From positions 1 to 40,675 of the forward strand of contig CBFGIY010000012.1 in NCBI GenBank assembly GCA_965648935.1: DNA of 40,675 nt. The letters are read 5' to 3'. The translations under genes and the position numbers were made by a program. The notes beneath the pieces were generated by a model. That model saw nothing but the letters and a program-made list of their open reading frames with translations. It was not told where the DNA came from and made no database searches. This stretch comes from a candidate division WOR-3 bacterium. GTDB taxonomy: Bacteria > Hydrothermota > Tepidihabitantia > Tepidihabitantales > Tepidihabitantaceae. Shown here piece after piece: positions 17,498 to 26,938 of this stretch. Positions within the stretch are counted from its first letter, which is position 1, and each line of letters opens with the position of its first letter.

Positions 17498-18145
17498 GTG
17501 TCTGAGCCGGCAGGCGGGGACAGGCAGAATGACAACTTGCTCGCGGTCGCGCTGGTTTCGGCCGCGTACGTCGCGGCGCAGATGCTTTCCGACATCGCCA
17601 GCCTGCGCATCGTCGTGCTGGCCGGCCTGAGCGTGGATGCGGGCACGCTTGTGTATCCCCTGACCTTCACGCTGCGCGACCTCGTGCACAAGACCGCGGG
17701 TATCAGGGTGGCGCGCAGGCTGGTGCTTTTTGCCGGGGCGGTGAACCTGGTCATGGCCGGGCTTTTCTGGCTGGTGGCGCGGTTGCCGGCCGATGTGCAG
17801 GTCGGGCCGCAACTCGAGTTCGGCGTCGTGCTGGCCCCGGTGTGGCGCATTGTCGTCGCCTCGATCGCGGCCGAGGTTGTTTCGGAGCTGGTGGACGGCG
17901 AGGTGTACCGGCTGTGGGTGCGGCGGTTCGGGCCGAAGCGGCAGTGGCTGAGGGTGCTTTCCAGCAATTCGGTGAGCATGCCGCTGGACTCGGCGCTGTT
18001 CGTGATGCTGGCGTTCGCCGGCCGGATTCCCCTCGGCGTGGTGGTGGCGATCTTCTGGGCCAATGTCATCGCCAAGGGGCTGACCACCCTGATTTCGATG
18101 CCGCTCATCTACCTCGCACCGGAGCGCAGGGGAGGGCGGGTTTGA
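17498..18145 (+). CDS. queuosine precursor transporter (YhhQ/Vut_1 family)
   Basis: 'AGTLVYPLTFTLRDLV', 'RIVVASIAAEVVSELVD', 'WLRVLSSNSVSMPLDSALFVMLAF'; about 6 TM. Confidence 0.85.
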   Translation: MSEPAGGDRQNDNLLAVALVSAAYVAAQMLSDIASLRIVVLAGLSVDAGTLVYPLTFTLRDLVHKTAGIRVARRLVLFAGAVNLVMAGLFWLVARLPADVQVGPQLEFGVVLAPVWRIVVASIAAEVVSELVDGEVYRLWVRRFGPKRQWLRVLSSNSVSMPLDSALFVMLAFAGRIPLGVVVAIFWANVIAKGLTTLISMPLIYLAPERRGGRV

Positions 18146-18942
18146 GCCGGATCGCGCTGTTCGCGCTTGCGTTGCTGGCCGGGTGCGCGCGGCAGGGGCT
18201 GGTGCGCTTCTCGGTTAGTGACGCCGAGACCGGGCGGCCCATCGCCGGCGCGATGGCACGGGTCGAGTCGAGCGCGTTGATGGCCGCGACCGATGAGGCG
18301 GGCGTTACTCCGGCAATCGCGGCGCGGCGCGGCGGCGCGGTGGAAATCGCGCGCGCGGGCTACATCGCGCGGCAAGTTACAGTGCAGGGGAATGGACGGG
18401 GCGCCGTGATTGCGGCGGCGCTGTTTCCCGCGCGGCCGCGCACCGTGCTGGGCCGGGTGATTGATGCCGGGGAGAAGCACGGGCTGGAGGGCGTTGTGGT
18501 GGGCGTTGAGGGCACGGCCGCGCAGGCGGTTTCGGGGCCGGATGGTTCGTACGCGTTCAGCGACTTCCCGGAGGGCGACCGGCTGCTCGTCGCGGCGCTT
18601 GAAGGCTACGCTCCGGCGCAGCGCGACGTGAGGGTGAAGGGCGGGGACACCGTCGTGATTGATATCGCTCTGATCGACACGACCAATGTCGGTTCGGTGT
18701 GCGGGCGCGTGACCGACCGGGCAACCGGCGCGCCCCTGGCCGGGGTGCGGCTGACCGTGCAGGGTACGGGGGTCAGCGCGGTCACCGATTCTCTGGGCAG
18801 CTACTCGATCGAACGCGTGCCGGCCGGCAACCACGTCATGGCCGCCGAGCTGGTCGGCTGGACAGCGCAGGATATACCGTTCCGCCTGCTCAAGGAGTGG
18901 GCCGTGGAGGTTTCTTTTGGGCTGAATCGCCGGCCGCGTTGA
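18142..18942 (+). CDS. lipoprotein with three carboxypeptidase-regulatory-like (Ig/prealbumin-like) domains
   Basis: TTG overlapping the upstream TGA; lipobox LAGC; repeats 'V.D..TG.P..G..V.V.GT...A.TD..G.Y'. Confidence 0.75.
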   Translation: MSRIALFALALLAGCARQGLVRFSVSDAETGRPIAGAMARVESSALMAATDEAGVTPAIAARRGGAVEIARAGYIARQVTVQGNGRGAVIAAALFPARPRTVLGRVIDAGEKHGLEGVVVGVEGTAAQAVSGPDGSYAFSDFPEGDRLLVAALEGYAPAQRDVRVKGGDTVVIDIALIDTTNVGSVCGRVTDRATGAPLAGVRLTVQGTGVSAVTDSLGSYSIERVPAGNHVMAAELVGWTAQDIPFRLLKEWAVEVSFGLNRRPR

Positions 18943-19064
18943 GCCGAAGCAACCTTTCGCGCGGCAGCGCGTCACAACCTTCGACAGCGTGCAATACAGC
19001 CTCTAGCACACAGGACCTCCTTGCGAGCCGCTGACTCTTGCCCCCCGGGCGGCTCAAAAGACAA

Positions 19065-19091
19065 GCGGCGGCCTTCGGGCCGCCGCGTTTT
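19065..19091. terminator. bidirectional intrinsic terminator
   Basis: GCGGCGGCC-TTCG-GGCCGCCGC followed by GTTTT and preceded by AAAAGACAA; lies between convergent genes. Confidence 0.8.
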
Positions 19092-19104
19092 CCTGCCGGG
19101 CCGG

Positions 19105-19719
19105 TCAGTGGACGATGATGACGCCTGAGGGCACGACCTTGAGCGGCACGAGGCGGATGCCGCGTGCGCGCTTGGCATAGGCCCGGATGCGGTAATGATA
19201 CTCGCGCCGGGTGTCGTAGGCGACGATCGACCGGCGCGAGGCTTCCTGGGGCGGTTTCACACCGTGCCAGGTGAACGCGACCAGCTCGACCGAGGACATC
19301 ACGTCGTAGCGGAACGATTCGCGGTCGTCGGGCGAGAGGCCGCGAAACACCGTGCCCGCGACCTCGACGTGCGAGTGGAAGCTGCCGACGTAGCGCATGC
19401 GCAGCTGGGCGGCAAGCTGGCGGCGGCGCTCGCGCACGCGCCGGACCGTGTCCCAGTCCTTGAACTGCACCGAGGTGCGGGTCTTCTTGCCGCCGCGGTA
19501 GTAGCAGGCCCGGCGGATGGTCAGCCGGTTCTCAGGGTCAAGCGTGCCGAACAGGAACCCGTAGGTCTCGCGTTTCAGCGGGGTGTCGTAGCCGATGCGG
19601 GCGTGGTGGCAGATGTCACGCACCGCACCTTCCTCGATGAGCAGGGGAGAGCGGAACCGGAACAGGTGGCGCCGGGCAAGCCGGCGCAGTTCTTCGGGGT
19701 CAAGCCGGTGGCCGCGCAC
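19105..19719 (-). CDS. JAB/MPN (JAMM) metalloprotease-like protein
   Basis: 'RETYGFLFG ... YVGSFHSH ... LSPDD' corresponds to E...HxH...SxxD; start revised to GTG 19719. Confidence 0.65.
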   Translation of the reverse strand: MRGHRLDPEELRRLARRHLFRFRSPLLIEEGAVRDICHHARIGYDTPLKRETYGFLFGTLDPENRLTIRRACYYRGGKKTRTSVQFKDWDTVRRVRERRRQLAAQLRMRYVGSFHSHVEVAGTVFRGLSPDDRESFRYDVMSSVELVAFTWHGVKPPQEASRRSIVAYDTRREYHYRIRAYAKRARGIRLVPLKVVPSGVIIVH

Positions 19720-19724
19720 GGTCG

Positions 19725-19752
19725 ATTGTAGCGAGGGGCGACCCGATGGCAA
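19725..19752 (-). promoter_or_regulatory. sigma70-like promoter, leaderless
   Basis: TTGCCA-16-TACAAT; GTG 5 nt downstream. Confidence 0.6.
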
Positions 19753-19793
19753 GGCCGGGGGCGGGAAAACCTACATTAATGTTATGCGCGACG

Positions 19794-19821
19794 TTGACGG
19801 GCCGGGGCAGGGGGGTATAAT
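19794..19821 (+). promoter_or_regulatory. near-consensus promoter of the S8/C25 peptidase operon
   Basis: TTGACG-16-TATAAT; SD AAGGAGG at 19892-19898. Confidence 0.7.
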
Positions 19822-19903
19822 CGAACGTCGCAGCGGGTGGCTCGATAGCGAGCAGATGACCCGGCGCGAGAGGCTGTAGATTGCTTGCTCCAAGGAGGCA
19901 CGT

Positions 19904-22900
19904 GTGAAAAGAAGCGTACTGGTGCTGCTGGCGGCGCTGTTCGGCGTCTCGCTGGCAGTCATGTCACCAGAGCTCGACAAGCACCTCGCCCGCGCCCAGC
20001 AGGACGCGTTCCTGCCGGTGCACGTGGTGCTGAACGAGCAGTTCGACAGCGACCTTCTGCACCGGCTTGTCGACGGCCTGCCCAAGGCCCAGCGCCGGCT
20101 CGAGGTCGCCCGGATTCTTCAGGATTTCTCGGCCCGGCATCAGGCCGGGCTGCTCTCGTATCTCAACAACGAGGTCGAGGCCGGCCGGGCGCGCGACGTT
20201 CGCACCCTCTGGATTCTCAATGCGGTCTACTTCGAGGGCACGCCCGAGGTCATCAAGGCCGTCGCCGCGATGGCCGAGGTCAACTACGTGAACTACGACC
20301 TTGCCTACGCGCCGGACCTGCTCGAGCCCGAGGAGCCGGTGACCGAAACCGACGAGATCACCTACGGCGTGAACAACATTCAGGCCCCGGCGGTCTGGGC
20401 GCTTGGATATACCGGTCAGGGCGTGGTCTGCGGCCACATCGACACCGGTTGCAACTACCGTCACGTCGACCTGGCCGACCATATGTGGACCGATCCGAAC
20501 TACCCGAACCACGGCTGGAATTTCGAGAACAACACCAATGACCCGATCGATGCCCAGGGCCACGGCACCCACACTGCCGGGACAGTTGCCTCGGACGGCA
20601 CCGGCGGTACCCAGTGCGGTGTTGCGCCCGATGCGCAGATGATGATCTGCCGCGTGCGCACGGTCGCCGACTCGGTGGCCGAGTTCCAGTGCTGGGAGGC
20701 GATGCAGTTCTGCGTCAGCCCGCCGCTGTCGCCGGCCAACGGCGCGGCGCTCTACACGATGTCGCTGGGCTGGCAAATCTCCTGGAACCCGCACCAGGCC
20801 TCGTGGCGGCAGACCGCCAACAACGTGATGGCGGCCGGTCTCTCGCAGATTGTCGCGGCGGGCAACGAACGCTCGCTCACCCCGCCCAATTCCTGCCGCT
20901 GCCCGGGCAATGTGCCGCCGCCCTGGCCCAACCCGCAGAACACCGGCACCGGTGCGCTGTCGGGCATCGTGTCCATCGGCGCGGTCGACTCGAGCGACGC
21001 CATCGCGTCGTTCTCGTCGCGCGGGCCCGTGACCTGGGGCAATGTCGCCCCGTTCAACGATTGGGCCTACCCGCCCGGACTGACCCGGCCGGACGTGTGC
21101 GCGCCGGGCGTCAACACCAAGTCGTGCGCGATGAGCGGCGGCTACACGCAGATGTCGGGCACCTCGATGGCAACGCCGCACACCGCAGGGACCGTGTGTC
21201 TTATGCTCTCGAAGAACCCGAACCTGCTGCCGCGCGAGGTTGATTCGATTCTCGAGGTGACCGCGCTCGACCTCGGGCCGGCCGGCAAGGATAACGACTT
21301 CGGCGCGGGCCGCATCAACGCGCTGGCTGCGGTGAACGCGACCAGGCCGCCCTTCGGCGTGCGCTATTACCGCCACGCCATCGACGACAGCGTCGGCGGC
21401 AACAACGACGGCATCATCAACCCGGGCGAGACAATCAACATGCCGACCTGGGTGATGAACCTCTGCGACTACACCGCGCGAGGCGTGCGGGGCACGCTGC
21501 GCACGGCCGACCCCAACATCACGATCCTCGACTCCTTCAAGTACTTCGGCACCATCCTGCAGGACAGCACCGGCTACACCGGGCCGAACGGCTACCGGTT
21601 CAGCGTGGCCGCGGCCTGCACCAACCGCTACTCGCTCGATTTCAGCCTGGTGCTGACCGATACCCTCGATTCGATTTATGTGTCGTCGCTGTCGCTGCTC
21701 GTGGGTACGCCCAAGCTGAAGGGCGACTCGATCTATGCCTGGGACGGCGGCAACGGCAAGCTTGACCCGGGCGAGGAGTGCGAGATCGCGGTCCAGCTCG
21801 TCAACTCCGGGCTGGGCAACGCCTACGGCGTGAGCGCGGTGCTCGTATCGGGCGACGCGCGCCTGACCGTGCTTGACTCGACCGGAACTTACGGGTTCGT
21901 GCCGGCCGACTCGTGGACGATGAACACGACCGACCGCTTCAGAGTGCGCGCCAGCGCGTCAATCCCGCGCGAGTTCACGATATCCTGCACCCTGCGGGTG
22001 ACCCAGACCGGCTACCCGGTGCAGAACGTGCCGTTCGGGATCCAGGTCGGGCGCGTGACCGCCGTCGACCCGATTCCCGACGGGCCGCGCACCCCGGCGC
22101 TGTACTGGGCTTACGACAACTCGGACTCGGGTTACACCGAGGCCCCGGTCTTCCAGTGGGTCGAGATTAACAACCTCGGCACGCGCCTGACGCTCTCCGA
22201 CGACCAGACCGTGGTCGTCAATCTGCCGACGGCGTTCGGGCCGTTCCGGTTCTACGGCCAGAACTTCACGCAGGTGTCGATCTGCGGCAACGGCTGGGTC
22301 GGGCTGGGTTCGACGACGCTGTCGACCTACTCCAACACCGCGCTGCCCGCGACGAGCCTGCCGCCGACCCTGTTCCTGAACTGGGACGACCTGTATCCGC
22401 CGACCGGCGGCGGCGTGTGGTGGTATCACGACGCGGCCAACGGCCGGTTCATCGTCGAGTGGGACTCGGTGGCCTACTACTCCAGCCGGACGACCTTCGA
22501 CAAGAACCAGGTCATCCTGTACGACACGACGCGCGCGGCGCGCGACGGCAACTGCGTGTTCGTATACCAGTACCTGACCGCCAACCAGACCAACTCGGCG
22601 ACGGTCGGCGAGCAGGACCCGACCCGCGCCATATTCATCGAGAACCTGTTCAACAACGCGTACCACCGCGGCTCGGCGCCGATAGTGGCGGGCCGGGCAA
22701 TCAAGTTCACCACGAATGAGCCGAGCACCGGCGTGGCCGAGACCCCGGTTGCGGCGCGCGCGCGCCGGCTGGCGCTCTCGCCGTCGCTCAACCCGGTTGT
22801 CGGGCCGGTGAGCCTGCGCTACAGTCTGCCCTCGGCGACACCGGTCAAGCTCGTGGTGTACGACGCGACCGGTCGGGTCGTGCGCGAACTGGTCAACACC

Positions 22901-23047
22901 GGCGCGGCGGAACAGGCAGCCGGCAGTTACACCATCAACTGGAGCGGCGATGACGCCGCGGGCCGCAAGCTTGCGGCCGGCGTCTATCTGTACCGCCTGG
23001 AGACCGCGGTCGGCAACATCAGCCAGAAGGCAGTGCTGAGCCGCTAG
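19904..23047 (+). CDS. secreted S8 (subtilisin-like) serine peptidase with FlgD/T9SS-type C-terminal domain
   Basis: Catalytic motifs HIDTG, HGTHTAG, AAGN, SGTSMATPH; signal peptide; C-terminus 'VYDATGRVVREL...WSGDDAAGRKLAAGVYLYRL'. Confidence 0.92.
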   Translation: MKRSVLVLLAALFGVSLAVMSPELDKHLARAQQDAFLPVHVVLNEQFDSDLLHRLVDGLPKAQRRLEVARILQDFSARHQAGLLSYLNNEVEAGRARDVRTLWILNAVYFEGTPEVIKAVAAMAEVNYVNYDLAYAPDLLEPEEPVTETDEITYGVNNIQAPAVWALGYTGQGVVCGHIDTGCNYRHVDLADHMWTDPNYPNHGWNFENNTNDPIDAQGHGTHTAGTVASDGTGGTQCGVAPDAQMMICRVRTVADSVAEFQCWEAMQFCVSPPLSPANGAALYTMSLGWQISWNPHQASWRQTANNVMAAGLSQIVAAGNERSLTPPNSCRCPGNVPPPWPNPQNTGTGALSGIVSIGAVDSSDAIASFSSRGPVTWGNVAPFNDWAYPPGLTRPDVCAPGVNTKSCAMSGGYTQMSGTSMATPHTAGTVCLMLSKNPNLLPREVDSILEVTALDLGPAGKDNDFGAGRINALAAVNATRPPFGVRYYRHAIDDSVGGNNDGIINPGETINMPTWVMNLCDYTARGVRGTLRTADPNITILDSFKYFGTILQDSTGYTGPNGYRFSVAAACTNRYSLDFSLVLTDTLDSIYVSSLSLLVGTPKLKGDSIYAWDGGNGKLDPGEECEIAVQLVNSGLGNAYGVSAVLVSGDARLTVLDSTGTYGFVPADSWTMNTTDRFRVRASASIPREFTISCTLRVTQTGYPVQNVPFGIQVGRVTAVDPIPDGPRTPALYWAYDNSDSGYTEAPVFQWVEINNLGTRLTLSDDQTVVVNLPTAFGPFRFYGQNFTQVSICGNGWVGLGSTTLSTYSNTALPATSLPPTLFLNWDDLYPPTGGGVWWYHDAANGRFIVEWDSVAYYSSRTTFDKNQVILYDTTRAARDGNCVFVYQYLTANQTNSATVGEQDPTRAIFIENLFNNAYHRGSAPIVAGRAIKFTTNEPSTGVAETPVAARARRLALSPSLNPVVGPVSLRYSLPSATPVKLVVYDATGRVVRELVNTGAAEQAAGSYTINWSGDDAAGRKLAAGVYLYRLETAVGNISQKAVLSR
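22067..22714 (+). repeat. shared ~215-aa module, copy 1 (in S8)
   Basis: 'DPIPDGPRTPALYWAYD...GRAIKFTT', homologous to 25895-26545 and 35087-35731. Confidence 0.9.
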
Positions 23048-23067
23048 CCAGGGAAACACCAAGTGAT

Positions 23068-23104
23068 GCGGGGGCAGGCCCGGTCTGCGCGGTCCTGCCC
23101 CCGC
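23068..23104 (+). terminator. intercistronic GC-rich hairpin without U-tract
   Basis: GCGGGGGCAGG (23068-23078) pairs with CCTGCCCCCGC (23094-23104). Confidence 0.55.
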
Positions 23105-23137
23105 GCTCCGTCAAAGCAGCACAAGGAGACAGCACAG

Positions 23138-26100
23138 ATGAAGCAGTACGTGACACTGCTGGCGCTGGCAGTCGCAAGCCTCGGTTTCGGTGCCTGGCTG
23201 GGCACCGGCGTGGAGGCAGAGCCGACCGTGCGCGTCGTCAGCAACACAAGCATCGGCACCGTGCTCGAGGTCGAACTGCCCGGGGTCACCGTCGAGCCAG
23301 TGGAGGTTGACGGCGCGACGTATCACGTCATCAACATACCGGGTGACGTGATGGCCGCACTCGAAATCGGCAAGCCCCAGGTGCCCAAGCTTTCATACCT
23401 GCTGGGTATCCCGGACGACGCCGGCGTGCAGGTGAGCGTGAGCGTCCTGGAAAGTCGGGTTTTCGACAACATCAACTGCCACCCGTACCAGACGCCCGCG
23501 ACTGAGGGTTCGAACCATCCGTTCGTCATCGACCGCGACTTCTATCAGAAGGACGCATTCTACCCTGAGTTCGACGCCCAGGTGATGGGCACGGGCCAGT
23601 GGCGCGAGCTGCCGGTGGCGAACGTGCAGGTCTATCCGGTGCGCTACAACCCGGCCAAGAAGCAGTTGCGCGTCGATACGAAGTTCCGGGTGAACGTCGG
23701 CTACACCGGCGGGACCTTTACGCGCAAGACAGTTCAGGCCTGGCTCGCGTCGACCTACGCGCGCTACATAGACAACTTCACCCGGCTGCCGGTGACGGTC
23801 ACCGATACCGACAACCCAGGCGTGAAGTATCTCGTCGTGGCGCACGAGAACTGGTGGAATCACACCTGGCTCAAGGACTCGCTTGTCGGCTGGCACCAGA
23901 AGCGCGGCGTCGAGACCCGCATCATCCACAAGTCGGGCTGGACATCGCAAGAGATCAAGGATTCGATTCTCGCCGAGTACAACCGCAATTCGCCGGCCGA
24001 GCTGCGCTGGGTGCTGCTGGTGGGCGAGTTCGCCGAGATACCGATGCGCGCGCTGGGCGGCGTCGGCAACGGCGACTACTGGTATTCCGACCTGCTGCCT
24101 CCGACCCCGGACAACTTCCCCGAAATCGGCCTCAGCCGGCTTTCGCCTGCCTCGGCCCAGGATCTTGAGAATCAGATTCGCAAGATACTGAAGTTCACGA
24201 AGAACCCGCCAACCACAGCGAACTGGCTGACCAAGCACAACATGACCGCCTGCTCCGAGCAGTACCCGGGCAAGTATTCAGGCTGCATCCGGGGCATCTA
24301 CCAGAAACCGATGGGCTGGTACCGCTATGATTTCGACACGTTGATGTGCCAGTTCTTCGGCAACGACTCGATCGCGTCGATGATCAATGCCGGGCGCGGC
24401 GTGGTCACCTATCGCGGCCACGGTGACAACGACCAGTGGTACACGATGGCGCTTTCGGGCGGCGCGCCCTGGCTGATTTCCAACGTCAACGCACTGACCA
24501 ACGGCGACCTGACGCCGATGGTCTACAACATAGCCTGCAACTGCGGCGCCATCTCCGACCCGACGTGTCTTTCCGAGGCCTGGATGCGCAAGTACCCGGG
24601 CGGCGCGGTCGGCTCTTTCGCCGCCACTCAGGCTTCATACACCTTGCCCAACCACGGCATCTGCTCGACGCTCGTGCGCTCGATGTGCGACACCTGGACG
24701 ATAAACGTGCCGGGCGTGCGCGACTACGTGCTGCCGACCTGGGACATCGGCTGGATTCAGTGCAATGTCGACGCCTACGTCGGGAAGTACTGGCCCGGTT
24801 CGCCGTACCCGGACAACATCTACATGTACCTGAACCTTGGCGACCCGGCAATGCAGGTCTGGGCCGGGGGCCAGCCGGTCGCGCCGGTGGTCACGCACCC
24901 GCCGCGCGTCCCGGTCGGGCCGTACAGCCTGAACGTCAACATCACGATCAATGGCGCGCCCGTGTACCGGGCACGGGTCTGCGCGGCCAAGGCCGGCGAG
25001 TTCTACGCGGTCGGGTACACAGATGTCTCGGGCAACGTTACTCTGAACATCAATTCGCTGTCACCTGGCGAGTTCACGGTCACCGCTTCGGACGGCCACG
25101 CCGCCGGCGTGCCGCACATCCCGATGCTGCCCTATGAGGGCGTTTGCCTCGCCGCGACCAGCGGCACGCCCTACGTGACCTACCTGCGCCACACGGTCAA
25201 CGATTCGCCGCCGGGCGGCAACGGTGACGGTTCGGTCAACCCGGGCGAGACCATCATCCTGCCCGTCTGGGTCAAGAACCACGGCGACTCGACCGCACGT
25301 TCGGTGAGCGGCAAGCTGCGCGTGAGCGATGCCTTCGTCACCTTGCTCGACTCGGCCAAAACCTTCGGCAACATCGCGCCGCGCGACTCGGCCTGGACCG
25401 GGGCATCCGGTTTCCGCTTCTCGGTCGCGCCTGCCTGCACCAACGGTCACAGCATCCGGTTCACCCTGCAGACAAGGGACGCGAGCGATTCGACGTGGAA
25501 CTCGTTCGTGTTCCTGCGCGTGGGCGCGGCTCGGCTCCAGTTCGTGTCATCGATCGCGGTTGACACGGCCCAGGGCGGGAATTCCAACGGCCGGCTCGAC
25601 CCCAATGAGAGCGCTGACCTCTACGCGGTCCTGCGCAATGTCGGGTTCGGCAACGCGGCCGGCGTCACCGCGACCCTGGTTTCGGGCGATCCGCGGCTGA
25701 CTGTCGACGACGCGACCGGTTCGTGGGGTACTATCCCGGCTGAGAGCACCGGCATCAACAGCGCTGACAAGTTCCGCGTGACAGCCGGTGCGATGCCGCC
25801 TGAGACGCCGATATCCTGCACCCTGCACGTCTCGAGCGGCGCGCTCTCGTGGACGATGCCCTTCGTCATCGTCGTGGGAGAGATTCGCGCCACCGACCCG
25901 GAGCCGGATGGACCGCGCACCCCGGCGCTGTACTGGGCCTACGACGACGCCGATGCCTACTACAACGAGCGCCCGACCTTCGAATGGGTCGAGATCAACA
26001 ACCGGGGCACGCGGCTGACCCTGTCCGATGACCAGACTGTGGTCGTCAGCCTGCCGCCCGCGTTCGGGCCGTTCCGGTTCTACGGCCAGAACTTCACGCA

Positions 26101-26872
26101 GGTTTCAATCTGCGGCAACGGCTGGGTGGGTCTCGGCTCGACTACCGTGTCGGCCTACTCGAACACGGCGCTGCCGGCAAGCGCGGTAACGGTGCCGGCT
26201 CTGTTCCTGAACTGGGACGACCTGTATCCGCCGACCGGCGGCGGCGTGTGGTGGTATCACGATGCGGCCAACGGCCGGTTCATCGTGGAGTGGGACTCGG
26301 TGGCCTACTACGCCAGCCGGACGACCTTCGAGAAGAACCAGATCATCTTCTACGATACGACCCGCGCGGCGCGCGACGGCAACTGCGTGTTCGTCTATCA
26401 GTACATGAGTAACAACGGGATGAACTCGTCGACCGTCGGCGAACAGGACCCGACCCGTACCATCTTCATACAGAACCTCTTTGATGGCAGTTACGGCCGT
26501 GGCTCCAGCCCGATAGTCGCGGGCCGTGCCATCAAGTTCACCACCAACGCGCCGTCCACGGCCGTGGCCGACCCGATTGCGGGCGCGCGCGTGCCGGCGC
26601 GGCTCGGGCTGGTTGCATCGCCCAACCCGTTCAGCAATTCGGCTTCACTCAGGCTCAGCCTGCCGACAGCGGGTCGAGTGCGGGTGGCGGTCTACGACGT
26701 GAGCGGGCGCAGCGTCCGAGTTCTCGCAGACGGTGAGATGGCCGCAGGCAACCACTCCCTGCGCTGGGACGGCAGGGATGAGAGCGGCCGCAGAGTGGCC
26801 AACGGCACGTACCTGTTCAAGGTCGAGACAGGCGCCGGCGTGGTCACGACCAAGACGGTCCAGACGCGTTAG
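23138..26872 (+). CDS. secreted C25 (gingipain-like) cysteine peptidase with propeptide and FlgD/T9SS-type C-terminus
   Basis: SD AAGGAG; propeptide (GKPQVP, YPVRYNPAKKQL); WVLLVG, DYWYSDL, catalytic YRGHG and IACNCG, LGDPA; 'SPNPF...VYDVSGRSVR...WDGRDESGRRVANGTYLFK'. Confidence 0.9.
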   Translation: MKQYVTLLALAVASLGFGAWLGTGVEAEPTVRVVSNTSIGTVLEVELPGVTVEPVEVDGATYHVINIPGDVMAALEIGKPQVPKLSYLLGIPDDAGVQVSVSVLESRVFDNINCHPYQTPATEGSNHPFVIDRDFYQKDAFYPEFDAQVMGTGQWRELPVANVQVYPVRYNPAKKQLRVDTKFRVNVGYTGGTFTRKTVQAWLASTYARYIDNFTRLPVTVTDTDNPGVKYLVVAHENWWNHTWLKDSLVGWHQKRGVETRIIHKSGWTSQEIKDSILAEYNRNSPAELRWVLLVGEFAEIPMRALGGVGNGDYWYSDLLPPTPDNFPEIGLSRLSPASAQDLENQIRKILKFTKNPPTTANWLTKHNMTACSEQYPGKYSGCIRGIYQKPMGWYRYDFDTLMCQFFGNDSIASMINAGRGVVTYRGHGDNDQWYTMALSGGAPWLISNVNALTNGDLTPMVYNIACNCGAISDPTCLSEAWMRKYPGGAVGSFAATQASYTLPNHGICSTLVRSMCDTWTINVPGVRDYVLPTWDIGWIQCNVDAYVGKYWPGSPYPDNIYMYLNLGDPAMQVWAGGQPVAPVVTHPPRVPVGPYSLNVNITINGAPVYRARVCAAKAGEFYAVGYTDVSGNVTLNINSLSPGEFTVTASDGHAAGVPHIPMLPYEGVCLAATSGTPYVTYLRHTVNDSPPGGNGDGSVNPGETIILPVWVKNHGDSTARSVSGKLRVSDAFVTLLDSAKTFGNIAPRDSAWTGASGFRFSVAPACTNGHSIRFTLQTRDASDSTWNSFVFLRVGAARLQFVSSIAVDTAQGGNSNGRLDPNESADLYAVLRNVGFGNAAGVTATLVSGDPRLTVDDATGSWGTIPAESTGINSADKFRVTAGAMPPETPISCTLHVSSGALSWTMPFVIVVGEIRATDPEPDGPRTPALYWAYDDADAYYNERPTFEWVEINNRGTRLTLSDDQTVVVSLPPAFGPFRFYGQNFTQVSICGNGWVGLGSTTVSAYSNTALPASAVTVPALFLNWDDLYPPTGGGVWWYHDAANGRFIVEWDSVAYYASRTTFEKNQIIFYDTTRAARDGNCVFVYQYMSNNGMNSSTVGEQDPTRTIFIQNLFDGSYGRGSSPIVAGRAIKFTTNAPSTAVADPIAGARVPARLGLVASPNPFSNSASLRLSLPTAGRVRVAVYDVSGRSVRVLADGEMAAGNHSLRWDGRDESGRRVANGTYLFKVETGAGVVTTKTVQTR
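25895..26545 (+). repeat. shared module, copy 2 (in C25)
   Basis: Near-identical to copy 1; 62 identical bases at 26201-26262 vs 22370-22431. Confidence 0.9.
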
Positions 26873-26890
26873 CGCTGGGTCGCGCAACAG

Positions 26891-26918
26891 AGTGGGGGCG
26901 GGTGTTCCCGCCCCCACT
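26891..26918. terminator. hairpin terminator between convergent operons
   Basis: AGTGGGGGCGGG-TGTT-CCCGCCCCCACT, 12-bp stem. Confidence 0.7.
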
Positions 26919-26938
26919 TCACTTAGTAATCAGGAGCT

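Noticed and set aside
17470..17500. preQ1 riboswitch upstream of the queuosine-precursor transporter
   Set aside because: Only 20 nt separate it from the methyltransferase gene; no hairpin plus A-rich tail
19765..19792. dif/Xer site (TTATGCGCGAC resembles the XerC arm)
   Set aside because: The second arm matches poorly, and the best alignment leaves a 3-nt rather than 6-nt centre
21360..26545. Diversity-generating retroelement TR/VR pair in the repeated peptidase modules
   Set aside because: No reverse transcriptase, both copies are inside intact genes, and the mismatches are not adenine-specific
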